64,000 nt of DNA. Source: Octopus bimaculoides. Lineage: Eukaryota. Below the pieces are notes generated by a model. The model was not told the origin of the DNA and did no database searches. It saw only the letters and a program-made list of their open reading frames with translations. Position numbers and translations under genes: made by a program. The stretch is from assembly GCF_001194135.2 (NCBI RefSeq), contig NC_068989.1:85961912-86025911 (forward strand), read 5' to 3'. This document shows, piece after piece, positions 49,771 to 63,212 of this stretch. Positions within the stretch are counted from its first letter, which is position 1; each line of letters begins with the position of its first letter.

Positions 49771-50012
49771 AAGGTCACAATGCATGTATTAAAGCACTAC
49801 TAATAGTTTCTTATGTTGAGAAAACTCAAACATATTCTTCAGGTGCAATCCACATATCATAACGAACTAGAGAAATTGAATAATTTTTATGTGTTTCTTC
49901 TATTATTCAATTTCTTTAGTTTGTTATATGCGGTCTGCGCCAGAAGAATATGTTTATGTTTTCTCATCATATGAAACTATTAGTAGCACTTTAATACATG
50001 TATTGTGACCTT
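49771..50012. mobile_element. Foldback element (~112-bp inverted arms, 17-nt spacer)
   Basis: aaggtcacaatgcatgtattaaagcactactaatagtttc... versus ...gaaactattagtagcactttaatacatgtattgtgacctt. Confidence 0.85.
49794..49846 (-). ncRNA. Putative minimal type-I hammerhead ribozyme
   Basis: GCAC-CTGAAGA-A-TATGTTTGAG-TTTT-CTCAACATA-A-GAAAC-TATTA-GTA-GTGC. Stem I 4 bp, stem II ~9 bp, stem III 3 bp, all core nucleotides present. Confidence 0.6.
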
Positions 50013-53000
50013 CAATTATATATATGTATATATATGCACACATACATCAAAGCACATGTTGGAAATATTGACATAAATACAGCTACAACAAGCTAAAATG
50101 TATACACACATGCAAAAAAAAAAATATATATATATACTCATACACACACCTAAGTAAGAATATATGTGAATAGACACACAAATACACATACATGAGCATA
50201 AGAAAGAAAATATAAATATCCAGACATACACATCTAAACAGCAATATATACATTAAAAATAATAAACATATATATATATATATATATGGTAAATATAAAT
50301 AATGGCATTGACAGAAAAACATACATAAAATATATATACATAGATCCCTCCATCCATATGCTTGCTTCTGTGTGTGAGAGAGAGAGATGTTTAACGCTCA
50401 TATGAATGTACAAGTTAACACATGTTTATGTGTACTTATATAAGATAGATAGATAGATATACCTTTTAGTATTAATGCATATATCTTTGTATGAAGATTT
50501 ACAAATTCGCCTGAAGAGAAGTTCTATGTCAAAGCACATATGGAGATTGGGTGACTGTATGTATATATGAATAAAGTTTAAATGAAAACAAGCAAAGAGA
50601 AGCGTGGCCAGTAGAATGTATTTGAACAATATAGACAAATACAGACATGTCAAATACCATACAACATAAGTTCCTGATACATTGAATTTATCTTGACTGC
50701 CTGAGGATGTATCATAATTACCAAATGGCAATTAAGACCAACTCTATTTGAGATGGGGAAATGATCCCAGGATTCAAAAAGTCTCCAATGTTGACATGCC
50801 ACTAGGGAAACAGGACAGGCTTATTGTCTGGGGATAAGAGGACAGCCATGGATATGTGTTTCTGACTCAATAGCCATCATCGTCAAGATAATTGTGTGAC
50901 ATTATTACAAAAAGGAGAACAACACATTCCTGGCCGAGGCAGTTTGCATAATTCAAACAAATTGAGCTGAGGGAAACAATTCAAAGCAACCAGTGGTATA
51001 TAGTTGAACAGACAAATACAGGTATATCAAATATCATATAACATAAATACATCTGGCCTAGTTGGGGGCATAGCAACTCTTTGGTGCTGGTACAAAAAAA
51101 AAATGCACTGTTGGTGTTAGGAAGGGCATCCAGTCATAGAAATCATAAACCATACCAAAACAGAGACATTCAAGCAAAATAGGATCTTCCAACTGATCGA
51201 GGAGGGATGTAACACCAGTTAGAAAGAAGGAACTGATTTAGATCTTGATGAACCTCAACAACCCATGCCAGCATGGACAATGGACATGAAATCATGTCTT
51301 GCTACTACACACCATTACGAATCTTACACACACCACATTAGTCCTCTATATACACGGTCCATAATTCACTATCATACACCATCGTACATCTTAACACCAT
51401 GTGTAAATTAAAAATAAAAGAGGACCCCTTCCCTCATGAATGACCATGGGATTGCACCTAGAAAGTTCTCCTCCGAGGCACAAATCTAGGCAAGGTTGTT
51501 TATGGAAGACTAGTAGTTGGCTGTGCATACCAGCCTCCCCTTTCCACACCACCGATGTTATCCAAAGGAAAGGCAAAGGTTGATACAGCGTGGCACCAGT
51601 GACGTCACAACTCATTTCTACAGCTGAGTGAACTGGAACAACGTGAAATAAAGTGTCTTGCTCAAAAACACAACATGCAGCCCGGTCCGGGAATTGAACT
51701 CACAACCTCACGATCATAAGCTCGACCCCTGAGCCATGCACCTTTATAGCTAGCATGTCAACAAACACACACATACCTTTAAAGTTAGTCCCCCCTCTCT
51801 CTCTCACACACACACACCACACAAACTATTGTTGACTGGAGATGCAACTGGTGTGGCTACCATAGGGTAAACTCATTTGAATGTAGCCAGGGGCAAGGTG
51901 CTAGTGTTAATAAGGGCAATGGATTTAAAGGTTTCCTTTTCAAAACCAGTACAGTCCATATCTGGTTGGCTTGTGGTTGGGATAGAAAACATTTGCCCAA
52001 GGTGCAGCACAGTGAGACAACCTAGAGCCATGCAATGTCAAAGCAAACTTTTTAATTACACAGCCATGTCTGTATCTAACGAACACCTCAAATGGTTACA
52101 GTTTCATTAACCAGTGAAATATACTGGATATGTTTGGTGTAATATTGATCCCTGAAAAACAATCTGGAACCTTGTAAAAAAAAAATAATTAAAAAAAAAA
52201 AAAAAAAACTTACAGAAAATATCGATTTCAAATTTTGGCCCAAGCTCAACAATTTTTTTGTGGGGGGAGGCATGTTGATAACATTGACCCCAGTGCCCAA
52301 CCGGTACTTATTTTATCGACCCCGAAAGGATGAAAGGTGAAGCAGACCTTGGTGGAATCTGAACTCAGAACGTGAAGACAGATGAAATGCCTCAAATGGT
52401 TTTGCCTGGCATGCTAATGATTCTGCCAGCTTGGCAATTTACTTGCAGAAGATATCAAAAATTAACTACAGTTATGTCTTATTAAGTACATCATCACAGA
52501 GAGTTGATTCTCACAGAAATGCACGATTACATACATGCACCCACTGACACATATAGGTACACATGCACAGACACACACTCACATACATTTGCACCTCCAC
52601 ACAAATTTAAAGAAATCATAAAACAGAAGAGAGCGAAATATTATACATTTTTACTAGAGGCTGATTATTATTACATGTGTCCATTACAATTTAAAATGAT
52701 GTCAATACACAGCTCATCAGGCAATTTGGTGAAAATTTTAAAGTTTCTGTGATTAAACATTTTTAATAATATAATTTATAAAAAAAGAAAAAAAAATTGT
52801 GGGAAATTTGACTGGCAACTGTTGGTGCTGCCACCTACAGTTTCTTTTGTAGTAAGAGAGTTTACTAAGTAGAAGGGTGGGTGAAGTTTCCCTTTAAGGG
52901 AAGAGAACTGCTCAGGGTGTATAATTTCTTTTTTTAGCATTATTACAAGGTTTTTTTGTCTTTCAGTCCTATGTTACAAGAATGTCTGTAGTCATGAGTT

Positions 53001-54431
53001 AAATATGTAAGTGTACATCTGCTTAAATGCTCTAATGGTAATTAACATGTAAATCTTTAAAAAAAAGAATTTAGAAGTGGCCTTGTGTAAAGAAACCAAT
53101 GTATGGCAGAAATCAGACCTATTTTGTATATATTACAGTTTAAATCAGGTCATTCCACAGCACAGACTATGAATACTGTGGCAGGCCACACAAAGCAGTG
53201 CTTATATTTCATATATTTCATTATCATATGAAGGCCAGAAGAGTTATTATTAAAGGAGGAGGTTGCTGATTTTATTGTAATTTATACAACATTAAAAAAA
53301 AAATTTCAAAAAAAAAATCAAGAAAAAAATATATATCATTGATATGTCAAGATTTCACTAATAGAGTGTCATTATGATATCTAAGAAGGTATTTTTACTT
53401 GTGTGGGCAGCAAGAAATTAATTAATTATGATTATTCATTTGGTGTTAGGAAGGGCATCCAGCCATCGAAGCTATACCAAAAAAGATATTGGAGGTTAGC
53501 ATAGTCCTCTGGTTCATCAGCTCCTGTCAAACCATTCAGCCTACGCCAGCATGGGAAACAGATGTTTGGCTATGATGTCTTATGTTTTAAAATCAATGTT
53601 ATTTCTGGCATGTATAAAAAGCAGAAACATTTTATTATGTCTAAACAGTGCCAACTGATATTGGAAGTTAGGTTATTTATTTTCCAAAAGTCATAAGTGT
53701 ATTGCTAAGCCCATGCCCAATCTTTCTTGCGGTGATCATGTACATTTATGTTGACTATTTCTCACCTAAATCAATTTGCTATCATGCTGATGTAATCTAT
53801 ATTGTTCTGGTTAAGGTCAGATGTGGGATGTGAAAGAGGCTGCATTGATAATTAGTTTCCAAAGCAATTCCCATTTCTAGGCAAACATATGTTTATGCTT
53901 GTGGGGGAGAGTGCAATTTTGCCTGATGGAAGAATATTTTTTTTTTTCAATTTTGGTGCAAACACTAAGGTGGGTTAAACCACATTACCTTTCTTTTGTA
54001 TTATCTCTTGCTGAGTATCTTTATTTATCTTTTACATGTTTCAGTCAGTGGGGTGGGCCATGCTGTGGTACTGCCTTGAAGGGTTTAGTCAAACAAGTTG
54101 TCTGGTACTTATCCTATTGGTCCCTTTTGCTTGACTATTAAATTGCAGGTATGTAAACAAACCAACACCAGTTGCCAATTGGTATGTGTGGGGAACAAAC
54201 GCAGATACAAAGACACACACAAATATATGACAGGCCTCCACATGGTTTCTATCTACCAAATTCACTCAGAGGGCATTGGTTGGTCCATGGTGCCATGCTG
54301 TGGGACTGAACCCAAAACCATGTGGTTGTAAAGTAAGTTTCTTAACCACACAGTCAAGCAAAGCTTATGTATGTTTATGATATATAAAAGTTTCTATGAA
54401 ACAGATGTTAGTATATTATTGGATACATAAA

Positions 54432-54806
54432 GGCATGGCTGTGTGGTAAGAAGCTTGCTTACCAACCACATGGCTCTGGGTTCAGTCCCACTGCGTGGAT
54501 CCTTGAGCAAATGTCTTCTACTATAGCCTCGGGCCAACCAAAGCCTTGTGAGTGGATTTGGTAGATGGAAACTGAAAGAAGCCTGTCATGTATATATTTA
54601 TGTGTGTGTGTGTGTGTGTGTGTGTGTCTGTGTTTGTCCCCACCACCACTGCTTGACAACCAATGTTGGTGTGTTTATGTCCCAGAAACTTAGTGGTTCG
54701 GTAAAGTACTAGGCTTACAAAGAACAACTCCTGGGGTTGATTTCTTTGACTAAAGGCAGTACTCCAGCATGGCCGCAGTCAAATGACTGAAACGCGTAAA
54801 AGAGTA
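54432..54806 (+). mobile_element. tRNA-headed SINE family B, near full length, with internal (TG)n
   Basis: ggcatggctgtgtggtaagaagcttgct...gggttcagtcccactg (box-B-like)...aaatgactgaaac. Inverted copies at 1748-2095, 42916-43260 and 61925-62449. Confidence 0.8.
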
Positions 54807-56574
54807 TCCTACTCAGTTAAACAAGGTTTTTGTCCTAACAAACAGCTGGGATTCTTTAACCTAAATTAGTTGAAAGAACAAATATTCTGTGGTTGGAAAT
54901 ATAATTTTTGCATTGAATCGGTTAAATGAATGGTTGAAATTATTTTTCTCTAAAGGTCTAACAATAAAATTTAAGAAATTAATTAATTTGAGGTTGTTAC
55001 TTATGTCATTATAAATAACAAATCTTTGCAAAGGTTGATCAGCTCCCTCTGGAGTTTACCAGCTTGTTGCCAGTTGATAGTTTTGGAGATAAACAAGGCA
55101 AAGAATTTATCCATTTGGATATCTATTTTTTATATTTCTGCACCATACAGTACTAAAATGATGCCACCAACTCAATATATATTTCTTTATTTTTGCAGAT
55201 AAAACCATCATCTCTATAAACTCTACCAATGATGAAGTGGAATTTATTATTTATTAAATCTAAATTTATAAGTCATTCAGAGTTAAGATTTCTGTTAAAT
55301 GTTTGTGGCTTAAAACTTTGGCTGTATGTTTATTCAGCAGTACATTGTGGTTAGAGAAGAGAATAATCAAATTAGTTATCTACGCAGTCAATTTTGCATC
55401 TAATACAAGTCAGAAGGAAGTTGATTGCATTGGTATGATGGCAAATCAATTTACAATGAGATATAATTGACATAAATATACATTTAGAAAAAAATATTCC
55501 AGGAGGTGACAAGTTCAGAAGAAAGCTATGTCTAGCCACTTTCTGACAAAATATGTTTCGTTGGACTAATGATTACAAATTAGAAATATCTTTTTCAAAA
55601 AACCCAAAGAATATGTTCCGGTGTGATGTGCTATTTGCCTCTCTCTCTCTCTGCCGCACTCTTTCTCTCTCCCCCTCTCTCTCTTCAATTCCTACGCGAC
55701 CCTAACTCTATATAAACCAAAATAAATAGCTATTGGCCATAGAAATCCACAATATTCTGAGGAGTCCGCAATATAAATTTACATATGTTAGCCAGAAAAA
55801 TCTGCAATGTACTGAGGATGTGATAGGTGAACCGCAATATGGTGAGTGATTACTGTATAAAATAGGTTTAATTTCCTTCTTTTCCATAAAGGTTTCTTTG
55901 TATAACATTCTTTCTTAGATTTACATATTAATTACACATCAAACATATGCACACACCCATGATTCCTGACTAACAGCAACCATAAAAAATAAACCTCAAC
56001 TCAAAAAGTAATTTTATCAGAATATAATATACAAAGATACAAACATTACCTGATGAGCCTTGTGTGGGCAAAACTTCAAGTTATAATATGAACAGATAAT
56101 ATCTGGCTTTTAATAAATAAAAAAATGCATACCAATATGTTCTTTAGAAGCTAATGATTCACTGGTACTACTCAGAGTTTCTTGCAGTGTACGATCTTAT
56201 AGGTGACAAAGGATTACACACAGCTTTTTGTTGCCTGATCGAATGCACATAATAAGCAACTCTGAATAGTAACTAAATAAATCAACATAAAACTGAATAA
56301 AAAATATACTCTACTACATGCATTGAGTACTCTTTTCTCTGTCTGTACATCCAAATAGATTTTTGAAAGTTTGCCTGAAAAATTGCTGAGTATTAAACTG
56401 GAGTAGTGGACAGATCCTAAAAATTACACACACACACACACAAAGGCAGGCAGGCACACATACACACACACACATGTGCGCATACAGGCACATACACAGG
56501 TATACACACAGGTACATACTCATGTATAAAGGTGTTTAAATATAAATATGTATATGTTCAGTTACAAATGTTTG

Positions 56575-56643
<69 letters not shown>

Positions 56644-56769
56644 AGACTAAAGTGGAATGTAAAGTATGATGATGATGATATATACCAGTGATATTTGCAG
56701 AATAGAGAGGTCACGAGGGAGTCGGGGGGCGAAATATTAATAAATGATAAATTGTAGATAATTTATATA

Positions 56770-57188
56770 AACAACAATGAAGATAAGAGCAGCAGCAACA
56801 ACAACAACAACAGCATCAGTAAATAACAGCAGCAGCAACAACAACAAGCAAAAAGCAGTGACAACAACGAAAGCAGAAGCAACAACAACAACAACACGAA
56901 GATACATTGCCAACAAGAACGAAAGTAATGACACCAATGATGACAACGGCAAATGAGACAACAACATCGAAAACAAAAACAAAAAAAAGCAACATTGACA
57001 AGAAGAAGAAGAACAACAACAACAGCAAGGTAGATGGCGCCACCAGCAGCAGCAGCAGACGACAATAACAACAAAATGGAGTTGGAAAGCAGAAGCTTGT
57101 AGCGTGAGTGGAGGAAGAGGTATAGGCCGTAAGAGGTGTTGGAAAAGGGAGAGCTGTCGGGAGTTGTTATTATTATTATTATTATTAN
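56770..57188. repeat. Low-complexity (AAC/AGC)n-rich tract next to a gap
   Basis: Degenerate trinucleotide runs; explains the poly-L/V/C ORFs in the track. Confidence 0.8.
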
Positions 57189-59069
57189 NNNNNNNNNNNN
57201 NNNNNNNNNNNNNNNNNNNNNNNNNNNNNNNNNNNNNNNNNNNNNNNNNNNNNNNNNNNNNNNNNNNNNNNNNNNNNNNNNNNNNNNNNNNNNNNNNNNN
57301 NNNNNNNNNNNNNNNNNNNNNNNNNNNNNNNNNNNNNNNNNNNNNNNNNNNNNNNNNNNNNNNNCCTGGACATCGCTCTTCGGCAGCACTCACCTGCAAT
57401 ATAAAATGTATGTTCTCGATCCGGGTGGGTTGAGTAGGGTCAAAATGATAACTGTCAGTTTTAAGATGCCAAATCGTCCATGTGATCTAAAGACAAGTTA
57501 ATGGAAGACAAAAAAAAATAATAATAGATGTAAAAAAATTTTTTTTTTTTCTTGTTGGAAAAAAAAAAAAAAAATTGTGTGCATATATATGTATATATGT
57601 GTGTGTGTGGACATATACATACACACACGTGCTATGTGAAAAGATATATATATATATATATATACATACACATGCACATGTAAACAAATATATATATATT
57701 CACACACATATGAACAGATATATATGTGTGTGCGTACATACATGTGTGCGAGTATATATACACACACACACGTGAACATATATAATTGTTTTATATATAT
57801 ATATACATACACACACACATATATATATATACCATGTTAACAGATATATTTACGGTGTCTACAAACAGACTTACTCTGAGTTACGTAAGTGTTATATTCC
57901 TGGAAATCTTGCCATAATACGGAACCTATTTTCCCACTGGCTTCCACACTATACAACATGGGTGCCAATGGATAAACTAGCCCCACATTACAAAATATTT
58001 CACATTAAATCAAGATTCCCAGGAACACAATGCTTCTGTAATGCAGAAGAGAGCCGTATTTGTGCATATATATAATATATATATACATACACACGCACCA
58101 TGTAAACTGAATTAGGAAATGTAAATATAATAGTCACTAAAATTAGTAGGACCGTTGGTGGTAGTAGTTTAGTGTGCAGAGACAGTAATTAGATTGGAAG
58201 AAAAAAATACAATAAAAGAAGACCAAATAAAAAGAAAAACCCAAAAGATCTGTAATGATGGTCTGAGACAGGATGGAGTGGAGATGGGCTGTGGCACTTA
58301 GAGTTTAGATGGAAGTGGATTCCTTCCATCTTCACCTAAAGAACAATAAAGACTCCTACACCAACGAAAGAATCCTTAAAATAGACAATGAGTCCATAAT
58401 TTTTCACACTTATTCTTCTTAATGTTTCCATTTTCTTTTTTTACTTATATAACAAATCCACAATAACATAAGGGTGGTGGTGATGGTGGTGGTAGTCGGC
58501 ATTAGTTAGAGGCAATACAATAAAGTTTAAAAAAAAAAGAGAAAGGGTGTAAAAAAAGAGACTCCTTTCTCAAATTCCCAACATTCTTCTGAAAAATGCT
58601 GTATTTCAGATGGTTTTACTGAAGGAGGAAATATCTAATATTTTGGAGCAGGTTCCCTCCTTAGAGAAGGAGCTTTTAAACTAATAATAATAATAGCAAA
58701 TTTATTGCATACAGTGCTCAGGTGCACTACAGCTCATCAGGAAAAGTATCCAAAACTGCAGGAACTGTATATAGAATAATGTACAGGAAGTGAATAGGGA
58801 ATGAGTTGTTTACAAAAAAAAAAAAAGAAAAAAAAAAGAAAGAAAAAAAAGGGCAGGAGAGCATCAGGTGTACTGCTGGTGAATTTCAGGAAACCAGGAA
58901 GATGTAGTGTCCTGACAGCAGCTAACAACTGATGTGGGTAGTTTATTCCAAGCTTCAGCAACTCTGAGCATGAAAAAATGTTTCCTAAAGCCATGTGTGC
59001 TGTGCTGTTTTTTGATTTTGTAAGCAAGGAGTCAATGCTATCTCTTCTGAATAAAATAGAGTATCTGTA

Positions 59070-59650
59070 GCAACATCCCCAAGATAATCTGGTGTAAACT
59101 GGATGGATAAGATAGTTGTCTAGCTGATATAACATTCCCCTGATGATCTGGCGCAACCTAGATACATTAGGGAACGTTCCATCAACTTGCATTGTATGCA
59201 TTCCTGTTTTTGTCACCTGAAGAATTGCACACTAAGAAACTTTAAATAATAATAGTGAATCATTAGCTTCTAAAGAATGTGTGTGTGTGTGTATTTTTTT
59301 TATTTGTTAAAAGCTCAAAATTGTCTGTTCATATTACTACTTGAAGTTTTGCTGACACATGGCTCATCAGGTAATGTGAGGTAAAGTCTATGATCAATAA
59401 CAGGTGGTCTATCCGAAACAGCATTCTCCAGATAATCTCTTGCTACCTGGATAGATAAGATAGCAGTCCATTTAAAGTAATGATCCCCAGATGATCCGAT
59501 GCTATCTGGATAGATAAGATGGCAGTCCATCAGTGGTAACATCCCCCACTCTGATGATCGAGTGGTAATTGTTCCAACAGCTGTGGGACATTGAGCAGCC
59601 TACATTAATACACCAATGATTGCAGGCCTGTTGGTGGCAGTCCAGTATCA
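59070..59650. repeat. Interspersed repeat with ~59-60-bp periodic subunits; second copy at 62602-62796
   Basis: gataagat(a/g)gcagtccat recurs at 59-nt spacing. About 190 bp are shared with 62602-62796. Confidence 0.7.
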
Positions 59651-62600
59651 ACCCTACTTCCACAAACACATCATCATCATCATCTTAGCTTCTGTTTTTC
59701 TAAGCCATTTCTCTCATTCCAGCTTCATCTTGTTTACCAGACCCAATTCCCTCAGATACAACTGTTTACTACTCCCACACACCACCCCATCTTTGGTATT
59801 CCTCTGCTGCAGTTATTCAGCTCACAGCAATTATATAATTAATTAATTGAATGATGAAATTAGGATGGTAGAGCTAATCCTTTGCCCAGTTTAATATCAC
59901 CACTTGGCATATGAATGCCTTTAACAGAGGAGCATGGGGTCAGCTTGTGACAAGGAGTAGAGGTGGTGGAAGAGAATAGGATGAGGAAGAAGGGAGGAGA
60001 GAAAGAGAGGAGATGGAGAGCTGACTACTACCACCATTGGACAGTTTAAAATCTACAGGATAGTGAGAAATGTAAGGCAAAAAAAAAAAAAAAAAGAAGG
60101 TAGAATGGCTATTAAAATAGACATTACACCACATGGCATACTGTGCAGTGTTTTGTGTGTATCTATTGTTGTGGTGGTTGCAATTTAGCCCTAGGTCAAC
60201 CCTGATTGAGAGACCTATGATCAAAAGTGTTCCAACAGTGACCATCTCACCTTTTTGTATATCAAGGCCTACATCATCTACATAGTTCTTCCACATTTAA
60301 GACAGGAGGGTGTAATTGGAGTGAAATTTACCAGCTATTTCTAGCAAGTCAAACTACCAAATAAAGAAGACCTGTCACACAGTACCCTAAACATAGCGTT
60401 GCTGTGAGATTGAGGTTAAGCGAATCATCAAAACAATATGAGTGAGGGCTAAATTATCTCAAGGGAGTATTCAACCTCATGGTAAGACACCCAGGAGGGC
60501 CTCACATATGTGATATAGAGAAGTGGTTGGTAAGCAAGCTACTTACCACACAGCCACTCCTACACTTGGATTGCCCAATGCCTTCTTAGTGGAATTTGGC
60601 AGAGAGAAATTGTGTGGAAGATCCTCATTGATTGGTTGGTTAATATCCCTACCGTGGGTCAAATGCAATCATTTGAATCAGGTCCCCTTGGATTATGTTT
60701 CTCAAGAAGGGGATCCTCTAAAAACAGTGAAAGGCACAGCACTTCCTACAGGGACTAGACTATCTTTTAGCTTTTGCTGGTTTCAGTCAGTAGACTGTGG
60801 TCATGCTGGGGCACCACAGTGAATCATTAGTCAAATAAAATGACCCCAGTGCTTATTTTTAAAGTCTGGCACTTATTCTATCAGTCTCTTTTGCCAAACT
60901 GCTAAATTATGGGGATGTAAACACACCAACACTGGTTATCAAGCAGTGGTGTGGGGCAAACACAGACACAAAGGTACACACACATCTTACTTCTTCATTG
61001 CCCACAAGGGGTTAAACATAGAGGGGACAAACCAGGACAGACAAAGGGATTAAGTCGATTACATCGATCCCAGTGTGTAACTGGTACTTAATTCATTGAC
61101 CCCGAAAGGATGAAAGGTAAAGTTGACCTTGGTGGAAATTGAACTCAGAACGTAACGGCAGACAAAATACCGCTAAGCATTTCGCCTGGCGTGTTAACGT
61201 TTCTGCCAGCTCGCCACACATATCTATCTACATATATACACAGAGAGAAATGATGGACTTTTTCAGTTTCTGTCTTCCAAATCCAATCACAAGGCTTTGG
61301 TCAGCCCAAAGCTATAGAAAACATTTGCCCAGAGTGCCATGCAGTGGGACTGAACTAGGAACCATCTAGTTGGGAAGCAAACTTTTTATCACACAGCCAC
61401 ACCAGTATACACATACACACACAATACAAAAAAAAAAAGAAAAACTCATCACAATAGTTCCTGATCACAGGCTTCTCATTAACTTGCCAGCAACACCTAA
61501 TTATAACAGATCACTGTCACAGGCTGTATAGTGAGGTACAATTAAACTCAATCCAGTTTTGCTAAATTGTCACCACGCTTCATAGATACAACAGCATGGT
61601 GTAAAGGTGTTCCCCTACGCAAATCACTGAATACACAACTCAGCTATAATGGTGGACCTAATGGAACCCTAAGGGACTCAATACAGTTTAGTTACTAGTC
61701 ATGTTATTTTGGATTTTAAGCTTATCACAGTAATACTTTGTATGTAATACATACACACATGATATGCATACATAACATAAGCTTATTCTGTGCACATACA
61801 TATCAATCGCTGGTGAGGACACTGTATTTCACTATTCAACCATAATATACTGCTACGTGTATTAAAAGCTTATGAGTCAATATTGTGTCCCACCTGTGTT
61901 AGCAGTGCAATTCAGTCATTTTTTCAAGTTATCTCTTTTACTCTTTTACTTGTTTCAGTCATTTGACTGTGGCCATGCTAGAGCACCGCCTTTAGTTGAG
62001 CTAATCGACCCCAGCACTTATTCTTCGTAAGCCTAGTACTTATTCTATCGGTCTCTTTTGCTGAACCGCTAATGTTACGGGGACGTAAACACACCACCAT
62101 CGGTTGTCNNNNNNNNNNTACTTATTCTATCGGTCTCTTTTGCTGAACCGCTAATGTTACGGGGACGTAAACACACCACCATCGGTTGTCAAGCGATGTT
62201 GGGGGGACAAACACTGACACACCAACACATATATATATATACGACGGGCTTCTTTCAGTTTCCTTCTACCAAATCCACTCACAAGGTTCTGGTCGGCCCG
62301 AGGCTATAGTAGAAGACACTTGCCCAAGGTNNNNNNNNNNGCCCGAGGCTATAGTAGAAGACACTTGCCCAAGGTGCTACGCAGTGGGACTGAACCCAGA
62401 ACCATGTGGTTGGTAAGCAAGCCACCTACCACACAGCCACTCCTGCGCCTATATCTCTACAGATTTTCCAAAGAAATTAGAGCCAGTATTTAATGTTATG
62501 TTTCATATACAAATATGTCTATGCAAACAATATGACAGAAAAATAGCTAATGGCTGTATATGCTGGTTCTAATTTCTACAGAAAATCTGTGGAGGTAACT

Positions 62601-62827
62601 TTAAGATAGCAGTTTATTTAAAGTAATGATCCCTAGATGATCCGATGCTATCTGGATAGAAAAGATGGCAGTCCATCAGTGGTGACATCCTCCACCTTGA
62701 TGATCGAGTGGTAATTGTTCCAACAACTGTGGGACATTGAATAGCCTATGTTAATACACAAATGATTGCAGGCCTGTGGGTGGCAGTCTAGTATCGAAAA
62801 TCTGTAGAGGTAACTTTAAAAAGTCAT

Positions 62828-62877
<50 letters not shown>

Positions 62878-62940
62878 ATCTGTATCAGGTCATTCCATAA
62901 GTTATGTCTGAATAGTGTTCTGTGTCCTCTATAATGATTA

Positions 62941-63212
62941 GGAGTAAAGATTGTTTGCCAAAATAGCATGGCAGTCCTGGTTTAGGATGAATATTGCTGC
63001 AATTTAGCCCCAGGAGACATCGTCTCCAGCTGGCAATACTATGATGTGTCCTCATATTTTTGAACAAGGGAATCTAGCACCTCCACTTGAAAATATAAGG
63101 ACACAGACTGTGTCATATAGCCAGCTGGAGACGATGTCTCTTGGGGCTAAATTACAGCAACATTCGTCCTAAACCAGGACTGCCATGTTATGTTGGTAAA
63201 AATCTTTACTCC
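62941..63212. mobile_element. MITE with ~95-bp terminal inverted repeats
   Basis: ggagtaaagatt...gcatggcagtcctggtttagga...gagacatcgtctccagctggc versus gccagctggagacgatgtctc...tcctaaaccaggactgccatg...aatctttactcc. No clear TSD. Confidence 0.85.

Noticed and set aside
56160-56215. Minus-strand ...GAAAC TCTGA GTA GTAC resembling a hammerhead 3' half
   Set aside because: The 5' core reads CTATAAGA rather than CTGANGA and stem II is poor; too degenerate to call.
21988-57818. Many 60-290-aa ORFs in the track rich in H/T, C/V/Y/M, N/I or X
   Set aside because: They are translations of (CA)n, (TA)n, (AAT)n and (AAC)n microsatellites or N gaps, not genes.
58940-59070. 159-aa minus-strand ORF 58737-59216 as a LINE or gene fragment
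   Set aside because: No recognisable motif; it runs through a poly-T tract and a periodic repeat.
61590-61640. Minus-strand SDLRRGTPLHHAVVS, an ankyrin-like motif that could be an upstream exon
   Set aside because: Flanked by stops, weak splice sites, and no helical LL..GA continuation. A TPLH match is plausible by chance in 18 kb. Not excluded without TBLASTN.
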